64,000 nucleotides of DNA from Nanobdellota archaeon (GCA_038045945.1 JBBSXC010000004.1:192001-256000), one strand, 5' to 3'; positions 30,579 to 39,917 are shown, numbered from the stretch's first letter. Numbers and translations: made by a program. Notes: generated by a model from the letters alone, not told the origin.

Positions 30579-31094
30579 ATGTTAAATCTATCAAATAAAC
30601 GAGGTGAAGAAATAATATTTTTCTGGTTTTTCATAATATTCCTAGCTGTTGGAGTAACTTTTGGAGCAACAATCTCAGTTTTCAACTCATCAAAAACAGA
30701 CATAAGACTACTAGAATCAGAAATATTAGCACAGAAGGTTGCTAACTGTTTAATACGAGATAATGCCTTAGATTTAAATCTGTTAAGGAGCAAGGAAGAA
30801 TTTATGGAACTGTGTGGCCTAGAAGAAAAAATAATTGATAAATCAGGGCATTTTTACATAAACCTCACCATAACAAGAATAGAAGACCTTGAAAGCAAAA
30901 AAGTATTCAAAAATCTAGACTTAGGAAATAATGACTTAGTAATGCAATGCTCACTAAAAGAAGCATCTGACTCTGACGAGTCCATTAATCTGGGAATATG
31001 CTCTTATAGGAGAGTTTATGTAAACTTCTTAACAAATAATAAAAAAGAGCACGGGGTACTAGAAATAACTACTGGGGCTAACACAAAACTATGA
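30579..31094 (+). CDS. Pilin-like protein
   Basis: NKRG/EEII plus hydrophobic helix; four Cys. Confidence 0.72.
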   Translation: MLNLSNKRGEEIIFFWFFIIFLAVGVTFGATISVFNSSKTDIRLLESEILAQKVANCLIRDNALDLNLLRSKEEFMELCGLEEKIIDKSGHFYINLTITRIEDLESKKVFKNLDLGNNDLVMQCSLKEASDSDESINLGICSYRRVYVNFLTNNKKEHGVLEITTGANTKL

Positions 31095-31492
31095 TTAACA
31101 AAAAAGCAGAAATCGGAGCAACAATAGCTTGGATACCAGCAATCTTTGTAATAGCAATTATAATCTCAGTATACGTCGTGTTAGCAACGGGTGAACGAGC
31201 AAAATTAGGACAAGTACAATACGAACTCTTAACATCTTCTGAAAATCTAAAAGACACAGTAATACTACAATCACTGAGCACGTTAATCATTAATGGAAAA
31301 CTGTTCGATGCTGAATTAATAAAAAAGATCTGCAAAAATTATGATCTAAGATTCTTAGAGCTCGGAAAAGACTATTCTCAAGATGCAGAAAACCAAAGGC
31401 TTGATATGAACCTAAAAAGAAAAATAGACCTGGTCTATTATGGTTCTGGCGAACAGAAGAGGGTTGTCTTCAGGGAGGGAATTAGATGTTAG
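31091..31492 (+). CDS. Pilin-like protein
   Basis: MINKKA/EIGATIAW plus hydrophobic helix. Confidence 0.72.
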   Translation: MINKKAEIGATIAWIPAIFVIAIIISVYVVLATGERAKLGQVQYELLTSSENLKDTVILQSLSTLIINGKLFDAELIKKICKNYDLRFLELGKDYSQDAENQRLDMNLKRKIDLVYYGSGEQKRVVFREGIRC

Positions 31493-31971
31493 TAAAAGCC
31501 GTTCATAATAAGCGTGGTTCAATATCGATACCTGTAGTCGTAATCGTATTCTTAATTCTAACACTCGCTGCGTATTCGCTGATGGTTTTTGGAAAAGAAA
31601 GAGAAGACTCCCAAACCTCTATCAGTCCGGGATTATTTTTGAGGGAAACTTATGTTAAAGAACAAGCGATAAGGCTATACGTAGACGGCGTTACTACCGA
31701 ATCAATAAGAATTTCAACAAAAGATAAAGAGTTGGATTTAGACCAATTTAAAAAAAGCTTTTTGGAAAAAATCAGAGAAGGATACTCAACATATCCTGAG
31801 ATGCAACAGTTGGAAGGTCAATTATCAAAAATAAGCTATAGTGAAAAAAGGTTAAAAGAAAACTTCGTAGTTTTACTAGCATCAACCTCCAGAATGCGTT
31901 ACAATGGCGAAAACTACCGAGTTGCAGAAGCAAAACACCAATTTTTAATAGACAGAGAATACTCATCATAA
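31486..31971 (+). CDS. Pilin-like protein
   Basis: NKRG/SISIP plus hydrophobic helix. Confidence 0.72.
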   Translation: MLVKAVHNKRGSISIPVVVIVFLILTLAAYSLMVFGKEREDSQTSISPGLFLRETYVKEQAIRLYVDGVTTESIRISTKDKELDLDQFKKSFLEKIREGYSTYPEMQQLEGQLSKISYSEKRLKENFVVLLASTSRMRYNGENYRVAEAKHQFLIDREYSS

Positions 31972-32013
31972 AATTTTAGAAACCTTTATAAATAAGCAGA
32001 ACTTTGAGCTTGA

Positions 32014-32517
32014 ATGATAAGTAAAAGGGGAGGTATGACTGGGCCGGAGATTGTTGGACTCGTACTGGCTTTTTTAGTACTCGCCCTTTTAGCTTGGGGA
32101 TTTTCTATTGGTTTTTTCTCATCTTTTGGTAATATTTTCAATCTTGGTGGCGGGAAATCAACAGTTAGTAGCGTTGTAACGTCTTGTAATGCTGCATGTA
32201 ACAATAACCCAAATGCATTCTGCAACGAAAATAAGGAGTTTTCCTTCGAGGACGGAGTAAAACAATCCGCGACTTGTGAACAACTAATGCAAGGGAAATC
32301 ATTCCAAGTCACTATAGATGGCAAACAAGAAACCAAAACTGTCTTGGGAATTAATAACTGTTTTATATGTAAAAATGCTGCCTTCGTGCCTGAAGTGGCC
32401 GCATGTAAGGGCAAGGCTAAAAATGATATTTGCCAGTATACCGCAGCAGGCAGTTCTACGTTAACGTCTGGTGCTTGTCAGGAAAAAGAGAAAGTATTGA
32501 CATGTATCTCTGCTTAA
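32014..32517 (+). CDS. Pilin-like protein, Cys-rich; major pilin candidate
   Basis: MISKRGG/MTGPE (Glu at +5) plus hydrophobic helix; own TATA box at 31985-31992; T-rich tract after the stop. Confidence 0.75.
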   Translation: MISKRGGMTGPEIVGLVLAFLVLALLAWGFSIGFFSSFGNIFNLGGGKSTVSSVVTSCNAACNNNPNAFCNENKEFSFEDGVKQSATCEQLMQGKSFQVTIDGKQETKTVLGINNCFICKNAAFVPEVAACKGKAKNDICQYTAAGSSTLTSGACQEKEKVLTCISA

Positions 32518-32569
32518 ACTTTTTATTATTCTATAAATTTTTAAATAACGATTACTCTTAATTATAATC

Positions 32570-32689
32570 ATGTCTGACGATTACGCAACACCTCACCAAA
32601 GAAAGAGCAAGAAAGATAAGTGGAGAAAGAGAAGAGATAGAGTATACAAAAGGGGCGGAAAGTATAGGGGAACAGACTTAGGAGTATAA
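32570..32689 (+). CDS. 39-aa highly basic microprotein (not in ORF track)
   Basis: MSDDYATPHQRKSKKDKWRKRRDRVYKRGGKYRGTDLGV; TTTAAATA box 22 nt upstream. Confidence 0.6.
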   Translation: MSDDYATPHQRKSKKDKWRKRRDRVYKRGGKYRGTDLGV

Positions 32690-32749
32690 AAGGAAAAAAG
32701 CGTACTTTGAGCAAGGATTAAAAAAGGAATAAATTCTAAGAAAATAATA

Positions 32750-33622
32750 ATGGATTACTTAATAGGGCTAATAATCATAGGGTTCTTATGGGTTATAACG
32801 GCAACAATATTTGACATAAAAACAAAAGAAGTACCAAACTGGCTAAACTTTACATTAATAATAGTAACAATAACATACAGACTACTATACTCAATAACAA
32901 CAAACAATTACGGAATAGTAATAAGCGGAATAATAGGACTAATAACATTCACAATAATAGCAAACTTGCTATACTACGCAAAAGCATTCGGAGGAGGAGA
33001 CGCAAAACTACTAATAGCCTTAGGGGGAGTACTATGGCTAAGCACGGACTGGAAAACAAGCTTAGCATACGCAACAATATTCATAATGAGCCTACTAATA
33101 ATAGGGTTCATATACGGAATAACAATGAGCATAATAATTCTAGCAAGAAGTAAAAAAGAAACAAAAAAGAGCTTCATGAAATTCCTAAAAAAACAAACAA
33201 AAAACAACAAAAACCTACTAATAATAACAGCACTACTAGTAATAATAGCAGCAATAACAAGCATCTACTACAAATCAATAGCCGGATTGACAATAACAAT
33301 AATCCTAGCATTACTACCAATACTACTAATATACTCAAAAACAGTAGAAAAAACACTACTAACAAAAAAAATACTCACAAAAGAACTAAGACCTGGGGAC
33401 TGGCTAGAAAAAGACATAAAAATAGGAAGATCACAAATAATAAAAGCAAAATTTGACGGGGTAACAAAAGAAGAAATAAAAATAATAAAAAAGAACTTAG
33501 AATACGTATCAATAAAAGACGGGATACCATTCGTACCAGCATTCCTAATAACTTACACTACAACAATAATATTATGGTACTCTGGAAGGAGCTTTATAAC
33601 GAACACTCTTAGCCTTATCTGA
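32750..33622 (+). CDS. Prepilin/preflagellin peptidase (A24)
   Basis: Catalytic aspartates in IFDIKTKEVPNW and FGGGDAKL; C-terminal IPFVPAF. Confidence 0.92.
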   Translation: MDYLIGLIIIGFLWVITATIFDIKTKEVPNWLNFTLIIVTITYRLLYSITTNNYGIVISGIIGLITFTIIANLLYYAKAFGGGDAKLLIALGGVLWLSTDWKTSLAYATIFIMSLLIIGFIYGITMSIIILARSKKETKKSFMKFLKKQTKNNKNLLIITALLVIIAAITSIYYKSIAGLTITIILALLPILLIYSKTVEKTLLTKKILTKELRPGDWLEKDIKIGRSQIIKAKFDGVTKEEIKIIKKNLEYVSIKDGIPFVPAFLITYTTTIILWYSGRSFITNTLSLI

Positions 33623-34357
33623 CTTAGGCTTAACAACAACATCTCCAGCTTTCTTAACTTCAATAGCAGGCTTATCATCACCCCTTCTCTCAGTAGTAAT
33701 GGGAGTAAGAGGGACAATATCTTCTGGTGAGGGCTTAGCAGGTTTGCCTTTAACCTTTCTATTAGTCTTTTGAGGAATAACAATAACTTCTTTCTTAACA
33801 TCAGTCTTAATAACCTCACTAGAAAACTTCTTAACCAAATCCTCTAACTCCTTAGAATCAGCAGACCTCTTAGAAAGCTTCTCAGAAGAATAAAGCGGAA
33901 TAGCATTAATTATCGTATGACCCATAATTTCAGCTTTAGAAATCTCGACCTTTTCAGGATCAAGAACAGACTGAATTTTAGAAGTAACAAGCTTAATCAT
34001 AGAATTAACATTTTCTGGAATAATAGACAACTTACCGTGAACCTTAGGAATAATAATCACATGACCCTTAGATAAAGGATTAATCTCCAAAACAGCTAAT
34101 GAGTGCTCATCACTAAGAACTTTATAACTATCAACAGTGCCAGAAAAAATAGAACAAAAAATACAATTAGAAGAACCATTATCACCAGAACCATCACTTC
34201 CGCCATGACTTCCCTGATTAATAAGGGATAACAACTCTTCATGAGAACTAGAATTAATCTTCTCCTTAAGCTGATCCTTACTAGACGAATCAAGACTAGA
34301 AGAATCAACCTGAGATATAAGACTTTTCCTCAAAGAATCAACATTTTGATCACTCAT
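33572..34357 (-). CDS. HIT-family protein with degenerate triad
   Basis: CIFCSI and EINPLSKGHVIIIPKVH; HxHxH replaced by GHTIINAIP. Confidence 0.75.
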   Translation of the reverse strand: MSDQNVDSLRKSLISQVDSSSLDSSSKDQLKEKINSSSHEELLSLINQGSHGGSDGSGDNGSSNCIFCSIFSGTVDSYKVLSDEHSLAVLEINPLSKGHVIIIPKVHGKLSIIPENVNSMIKLVTSKIQSVLDPEKVEISKAEIMGHTIINAIPLYSSEKLSKRSADSKELEDLVKKFSSEVIKTDVKKEVIVIPQKTNRKVKGKPAKPSPEDIVPLTPITTERRGDDKPAIEVKKAGDVVVKPKSDKAKSVRYKAPSRVP

Positions 34358-34388
34358 AAAAAAAAGATGATTAGAGTATTATTAAAAC

Positions 34389-34664
34389 TTATCCAAAAGC
34401 CCTTCTATAATCAATAATCTCACAAGAAGAAACACCGCTAATAGAAGAAAGCTTATTCTTAGCCTCATCATCAGAAGTTTCCTCAGGCCAAGCACAACCA
34501 ATAAGTAAAGCCTTAAGACCAAAAGCTATAGGCTCCTCCTCAAAAGTCAAGTTTTGAGCTCCCAAAGCAAGCAAAACCTTCTTAGAATGATTCTCCAAAT
34601 CCTTAATAGAAACATCAAGGCCTGTTGGAAGAATCCTCAATTTTAAAGCAACTATTCCTGACAT
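34389..34664 (-). CDS. ef1b: Elongation factor 1-beta
   Basis: EEEPIAFGLKAL signature; 91 aa. Confidence 0.92.
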   Translation of the reverse strand: MSGIVALKLRILPTGLDVSIKDLENHSKKVLLALGAQNLTFEEEPIAFGLKALLIGCAWPEETSDDEAKNKLSSISGVSSCEIIDYRRAFG

Positions 34665-34831
34665 AACAAAGGGAAAAAAACTTGGTATATAAACCTTTAT
34701 AAGAACTTGAAAAACAGTGGTTTTTCATTAAGAAATGATAACTTCTCATATTAAACTCTTAGAAAAACAATAACAACATAATAATTTAGGCCAGAAATGC
34801 TTTTAAAGAAACAAAAACTCCAATAAGAATA

Positions 34832-35788
34832 ATGGTCCAAGACTACGAAACAATAATAAGCAGAATAGCAGAAAGCTCAAACACAACAGTAGAAGAAGTA
34901 AACAGAAGAGTAGAAGCAAAAAGAGCAAAACTATCAGGACTAATAAGCAAAGAAGGAGCAGCACAAATAGTAGCAGCAGAACTAGGAATATCATTCGACA
35001 AACAAAACGTAAAAATAAACCAAATAATAGAAGGAATGAGAAGAATAAGCCTAACAGCAAAAATAATCAACACATTCCCAATAAGAACATACGACAAGAA
35101 CGGAAGAAGTGGAAAAGTACTAAACATAATAGTAGCTGACGAAACAGGAAACGCAAAAACTGTGCTATGGGACATAAACCACATAGCACTATTCGAAAAC
35201 GGACAAATAAGCAATGGAGACACAATAGAAATAGCAAACGGAAGCCTAAGAAACCAAGAAATACATTTAACAGCATTCTCAGAAATAAAAAAGAGCGGCG
35301 TGTCAATGAATAACGTAAAAACAGAAATAACAAACACTGTGACAGTAGTAGACAAAAAAATCATTGACCTAAAAACAATGGACAAAGCAAGAATGAGATG
35401 TGTAATAGTGCAAGTATTCGAACCAAGAGCCTTCGAAGTATGCCCACAATGCTCAAGCAGAATAAAAAAAGAAGAAGGAGCAGCAGCAGGAGGAGAATGC
35501 GAAAAACACGGAAAAGTAATACCAGAAAAAAGAGTACTAATAAACGTAGTATTAGACGACGGAACAGAAACAATAAGAGCAGTATTCTTCTCAGACAACG
35601 TAAGTAAACTAGGTCTAGCAAAAAACGCTGAAGACTACTCAGAAAAAAGAGAAATAATACTAGGAAAAGAAGCATACTTCACAGGAAACGTAAGACAAAA
35701 CAAAATATTTGGCACACAAGAAATAGTAATAACAGACGTGGAAGAAATAGAACTTGACAAACTAATAAGCCAACTAGAAAAACACTAA
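34832..35788 (+). CDS. rpa: Replication protein A (OB folds plus Zn ribbon)
   Basis: LSGLISKEGAAQIVA, VADETG..LW, CPQC...CEKHG, LDDGTETIRAVFF. Confidence 0.88.
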   Translation: MVQDYETIISRIAESSNTTVEEVNRRVEAKRAKLSGLISKEGAAQIVAAELGISFDKQNVKINQIIEGMRRISLTAKIINTFPIRTYDKNGRSGKVLNIIVADETGNAKTVLWDINHIALFENGQISNGDTIEIANGSLRNQEIHLTAFSEIKKSGVSMNNVKTEITNTVTVVDKKIIDLKTMDKARMRCVIVQVFEPRAFEVCPQCSSRIKKEEGAAAGGECEKHGKVIPEKRVLINVVLDDGTETIRAVFFSDNVSKLGLAKNAEDYSEKREIILGKEAYFTGNVRQNKIFGTQEIVITDVEEIELDKLISQLEKH

Positions 35789-35816
35789 TAACCTAAAAGT
35801 CATAAGAAAAACAAAA

Positions 35817-35890
35817 TGGACCTAGAAGGATTTGAACCTTCGTCACAACCTCCGCAAGGTCGTATTCTATCCGGGCTGAACTATAGGTCC
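35817..35890 (-). tRNA. tRNA-Arg(GCG)
   Basis: Reverse complement folds to a cloverleaf; anticodon arm CGACC-TTGCGGA-GGTTG; acceptor GGACCTA/TAGGTCC. Confidence 0.93.
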
Positions 35891-36000
35891 GACACAAAAA
35901 AGAAGAAGAAAGAAGTTTATTAAATGTATCTTCCTGTATAAAAAGAGATTTTTGTTTGAAAATAGGAAGCTACTTAAAGTCAAGCTTACTTAATCGTTTC

Positions 36001-36846
36001 ATGTTTTGGGAAAATTGGAACTATAGAAAAAGAGGATTATTAGTAGGAATATTTTTATGGATCTTGATCTTATTAGTGAAATTATATTTTTCTTATTTCT
36101 ACAGCTTATTTTCTGAGGGAAGCATAATTGTGGGAATTCTTTCTCTTCTTTTCTGTTATATCTCTGGTTGGGCTATTGATGTAGCTAAAAATGATTCTTC
36201 ATCAACAAAGAAAGGTCTGTTCTATGGATTAATTTTATCAACATTCGCGCTGTCATTTATGTTCTTTGAAGGTTATTTTAATTTATTTGGAATAGGTCAA
36301 CAAACTCTCTTAGGGCACATGGTTGACAACTTTGTTGGAAATTCTGGCCATTTATGGATGTCGATACCAATAATCATCTTTACTCTAATAGGCTTTATTA
36401 TAGATAAAACAAAAAAGGAAACAAAAAAGTCAAAGGAGATACTAAAAAGCATTATATCTGCGCTTATACTTCTTGTAATCATATTTGGATTATATGGGGT
36501 GGGTTCATATTTCTATAGTGATAATCCCTCTAAATGCGAATATTTCTCTGATAAGGATAACTGCTACTCCAGTGTTGCTTTAAACCTGGTAAATCAAGGC
36601 AAATTAGAAATATCTCTCTGCGAAAAAATTCAGTACGACTCATTAAAGTTTAAATGCTACATTTGGCTAGCAGGACAAAATAAGGACTTGCAAGTTTGTG
36701 ACAACATTCCATATTATCCAACAAAAGACCAATGCATAAGCAACCTTGCGTTACTTCAAAATGATCCATCAATTTGTGATAAAACGCAAAAAGAATTTAA
36801 AGAAGAATGCTTAAAATGGGTTTCTCAAGGATCATCTTCATACTAA
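36001..36846 (+). CDS. Multi-TM membrane protein with C-terminal Cys-pair repeats
   Basis: About five TM helices then four Cys-pair repeats; atypical codon usage. Confidence 0.7.
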   Translation: MFWENWNYRKRGLLVGIFLWILILLVKLYFSYFYSLFSEGSIIVGILSLLFCYISGWAIDVAKNDSSSTKKGLFYGLILSTFALSFMFFEGYFNLFGIGQQTLLGHMVDNFVGNSGHLWMSIPIIIFTLIGFIIDKTKKETKKSKEILKSIISALILLVIIFGLYGVGSYFYSDNPSKCEYFSDKDNCYSSVALNLVNQGKLEISLCEKIQYDSLKFKCYIWLAGQNKDLQVCDNIPYYPTKDQCISNLALLQNDPSICDKTQKEFKEECLKWVSQGSSSY

Positions 36847-36864
36847 AATAACACTTTATAAAAA

Positions 36865-37866
36865 TCATAACACTACGTCTTTGAGACCCTGAGTAGTAAT
36901 CTGGAAAACAGTCTCGTTATCAGGCAAGTTAGGAGAATCAATAAGCTTAGCAACCCTAGTATCCTTCTTACCACGACGCAAATAAATACGATAAGTAGAA
37001 GCATGACCAACAATGTTACCACCAACAGCCTGAGTAGGATCACCAAACATTTGAGCAGGATTAGCCATAACCTGATTAGTAACATAAATAGCCAAATTAT
37101 GCTGCTCAGCAATCTTCATAAGATTATGCATGTATCTGTTAAGCTTTTGTTGACGATCAGCAAGCTGACCCCTACCAGCAAACTCAGCACGAAAATGAGC
37201 AGTCAAAGAATCAACAATAATAATCTTAATAGGCTCACCATCCTTAATCATCTCAGAAATCTTATCAAGAAGAAGAATTTGGTGATCAGAATTAAAAGCC
37301 CTAGCAACAAGAATATTCTTAAGAACCTTATCAGGATTAGCACCTAAACCCTCAGAAATCTGCTTGATTCTTTCAGGACGAAAAGTACCCTCAGTATCAA
37401 TATAAACAGACTTACCATTAGCACCACCCTTATCAATAGGCAACTGCGCATTAACAGCTAAACACAAACCTAGCTGAGTCTTACCAGAACCATAAGCACC
37501 AAAAGCCTCAGTAATAGACTTAGTCTCAACACCACGACCACCAAGCAGACCATCAAGATTCTTAGAACCAGAAGTAATATACAAAACTTCCTTACGCTTC
37601 TTCTCAAACTCCAAACCATCCTGGAAACCAAGCTTCATCATCTTACGAGCAGCCTGAATAGCCTTACGAGCAACAGCCTCGCCCATACCAGCCATTTCAG
37701 CAAGAGAAGGAGGAGAAAGAACGGCCAAACCCATTAAGTCATAAATACCCGCAGCAGATAACTTTTCCATAACGGCAGGGCCAACGCCAGGAATATCAGC
37801 AAGAGTCAACTCTTTCTCAACAGAGTCATCAACCAACACTTTAGAATCATCCTTTTTAACAGCCAT
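36865..37866 (-). CDS. radA: DNA repair and recombination protein RadA
   Basis: HhH IPGVGP, GAYGSGKTQ, IDTEGTFRPER, VDSLTAHFRAEF, VTNQV. Confidence 0.97.
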   Translation of the reverse strand: MAVKKDDSKVLVDDSVEKELTLADIPGVGPAVMEKLSAAGIYDLMGLAVLSPPSLAEMAGMGEAVARKAIQAARKMMKLGFQDGLEFEKKRKEVLYITSGSKNLDGLLGGRGVETKSITEAFGAYGSGKTQLGLCLAVNAQLPIDKGGANGKSVYIDTEGTFRPERIKQISEGLGANPDKVLKNILVARAFNSDHQILLLDKISEMIKDGEPIKIIIVDSLTAHFRAEFAGRGQLADRQQKLNRYMHNLMKIAEQHNLAIYVTNQVMANPAQMFGDPTQAVGGNIVGHASTYRIYLRRGKKDTRVAKLIDSPNLPDNETVFQITTQGLKDVVL

Positions 37867-37938
37867 AACAAAGAGATGGGCAAAGCCGTTTATAAGCATT
37901 ATACAAACAAGAAAATATACATTAACAAAAGACAAAAA

Positions 37939-38388
37939 TCAAGAAAAATGCCTAATAATAAGCAAAATATCAAAAAGAGAAATAACAACAAAAAAAGCAT
38001 TCTCAAAATAACCACCAGTCTTAAGTTTCCAACTAATCCTGCCCCTAAGAGGCCAAAAAGGAGAAACACCCTCAATAGTAAAACTATCAGCTAAAAGATG
38101 AATAGAATAACCAAGAAAGAAGCCAAGAGCAGCAGAAGGAAAAATTAAAGATAACAACAAAGAGAGAATAAAAGCAAGAGTCAAACTATGAATAAGGCCA
38201 CGATGATTAACAAGACTCTGCAAAGGAGAAAAAACCTTATTCTTACCAAACAAAGACATAGGAGAATCAATATCAGGAATAAGAGAAGAAATAATCATAG
38301 CAAAAGAAAAAATCCAAGGGTGAGAAGTAGAAGGAAGAAAAATCATAACAAAAAGTAAACCAATAACAAAATGGGTTCTGGAAAGCAT
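37939..38388 (-). CDS. YdjM-like membrane metal-dependent hydrolase
   Basis: RTH, LIPDIDSP, HRGLIHS, HLLADSFT. Confidence 0.88.
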   Translation of the reverse strand: MLSRTHFVIGLLFVMIFLPSTSHPWIFSFAMIISSLIPDIDSPMSLFGKNKVFSPLQSLVNHRGLIHSLTLAFILSLLLSLIFPSAALGFFLGYSIHLLADSFTIEGVSPFWPLRGRISWKLKTGGYFENAFFVVISLFDILLIIRHFS

Positions 38389-38439
38389 AACTGTTAAATT
38401 ACCCCTAGTTTTAAATAGTTTTTCAATGTAAACAAAAGT

Positions 38440-39042
38440 ATGAGCGTACATGAAGAACTAGAAAAAATAAAAAGAAGAATCATAGAAGAAAAAATACCCT
38501 TACACGAAGGAGCAACAAACGTAGTAATGGGCAAAGGAAACGAACAAGCAAAAATAATGTTTGTTGGAGAAGCGCCAGGCCGCAACGAGGATTTACAAGG
38601 AATGCCATTTGTTGGAGCAGCAGGAAAAAACCTAGACAAACTATTAGCAGCAGTAGGATTAAGCATTAACGACGTATACATAGCAAACATACTAAAATAT
38701 CGCCCGCCAGAAAACAGAAATCCCTCACCAGAAGAAATAATCTCACACACACCATACCTACTAGAACAAATAAAAGTGATAAAACCAAAAATAGTTTGTT
38801 CACTAGGAAACTACGCAACAAAATTCTTCATGAGTGATTGCAACCCAGAAAAAATGAACGAGCAGCCAGGAATAACAACACTTCATGGAAAAATAAAAGA
38901 AATAGAAATACACGGAACAAAAATAAAGCTAATACCACTATTCCACCCAGCAGCAATAATATACAACAGAAAACTAATAACATTATGGGAAGAAGACATG
39001 AAAATAGTAAAAAAAGAATTAGAACAGAAAAATTTTTATTAA
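38440..39042 (+). CDS. udg: Family 4 uracil-DNA glycosylase lacking Fe-S cysteines
   Basis: GEAPG..ED..G.PFVGAAG, RPPENRNP, FHPAA. Confidence 0.92.
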   Translation: MSVHEELEKIKRRIIEEKIPLHEGATNVVMGKGNEQAKIMFVGEAPGRNEDLQGMPFVGAAGKNLDKLLAAVGLSINDVYIANILKYRPPENRNPSPEEIISHTPYLLEQIKVIKPKIVCSLGNYATKFFMSDCNPEKMNEQPGITTLHGKIKEIEIHGTKIKLIPLFHPAAIIYNRKLITLWEEDMKIVKKELEQKNFY

Positions 39043-39146
39043 TCAACAAACTTCAAAAATTTGTGATGAGCACTAACAACCTTCTCACCACAATGATCAT
39101 CACTTAAAGTGTAAACACCACAAACAGAGCATTTGTTAGTAATCAT
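39039..39146 (-). CDS. nop10: Nop10-like protein, 35 aa (not in ORF track)
   Basis: MITNKCSVCGVYTLSDDHCGEKVVSAHHKF; ATGA overlap with aIF2-alpha, the usual archaeal neighbour. Confidence 0.75.
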   Translation of the reverse strand: MITNKCSVCGVYTLSDDHCGEKVVSAHHKFLKFVD

Positions 39147-39865
39147 TTTTCAACAATAGAGAAATCGACACCTTTATCCTTAGACTCCTTCTCAATACGA
39201 GAAACCTCAAAAATAATCACATTATTAGCATCCTTATAATCCTTAGCCTTAGAACTCAAAGAGTAACGACCACCAGCAATATAATTAACCTCACACTTAC
39301 AAGCAGAAAGAATAGACTTAATATCGACAAGACCCTCAGACTTCTTACTCTTAAGAATAACCTCCTTCTTAACTTCCTTATCCTTATCCTTCTTTTCAGA
39401 AACAATCTTAAGAAGCTTATCAGACTGATCAGAAGTCAAATACTTAGAAATAACCTCTTGGTTAGTCTTAAAATCATCAAACAATTCCCTCAAACTCTTA
39501 CCCTCTTCCATGATAATCTTACTATGAAGACTCTTACCAGCAACTTCATCACCAAGAACAATCTCAAGAATTTTCTGAGCAGTCCTCTCACGCTTATTAT
39601 CATCAAGAACACTCTTCATCTCCTTAATACTAACTCTTCTAAGAGAAAGAACCAAACTACCAGTAGAATTAACTTTTAAGACCTTACAAACAATACGCTT
39701 ATTAGGAACAACATAATCTCTCAAGTTTCTAATCCTACCAGGAGCAATCTCAGAAATAGGAATAGTACCATCAACTTTGTTATCACTATCAACAACTACG
39801 GAAACAGCAGTCTTACCAACCTCTAAAACCTTACACAAAACCAATTCTCCATCATTATAAGCCAT
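39143..39865 (-). CDS. eif2a: Translation initiation factor 2 alpha subunit
   Basis: S1 domain GELVLCKV, ISEIAPGRIRNLRDYV, LSLRRV; YIAGGRY...DYKDA. Confidence 0.88.
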   Translation of the reverse strand: MAYNDGELVLCKVLEVGKTAVSVVVDSDNKVDGTIPISEIAPGRIRNLRDYVVPNKRIVCKVLKVNSTGSLVLSLRRVSIKEMKSVLDDNKRERTAQKILEIVLGDEVAGKSLHSKIIMEEGKSLRELFDDFKTNQEVISKYLTSDQSDKLLKIVSEKKDKDKEVKKEVILKSKKSEGLVDIKSILSACKCEVNYIAGGRYSLSSKAKDYKDANNVIIFEVSRIEKESKDKGVDFSIVEK

Positions 39866-39917
39866 TAATTATCGAAAGAATAAAGGCTTTTAAAACTATT
39901 CAAAACGCATAAAAAAG

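Noticed and set aside
27283-32517. Diversity-generating retroelement or invertible shufflon behind pilin variation
   Set aside because: No reverse transcriptase, template/variable repeat pair, recombinase or boundary repeats were seen in this window.
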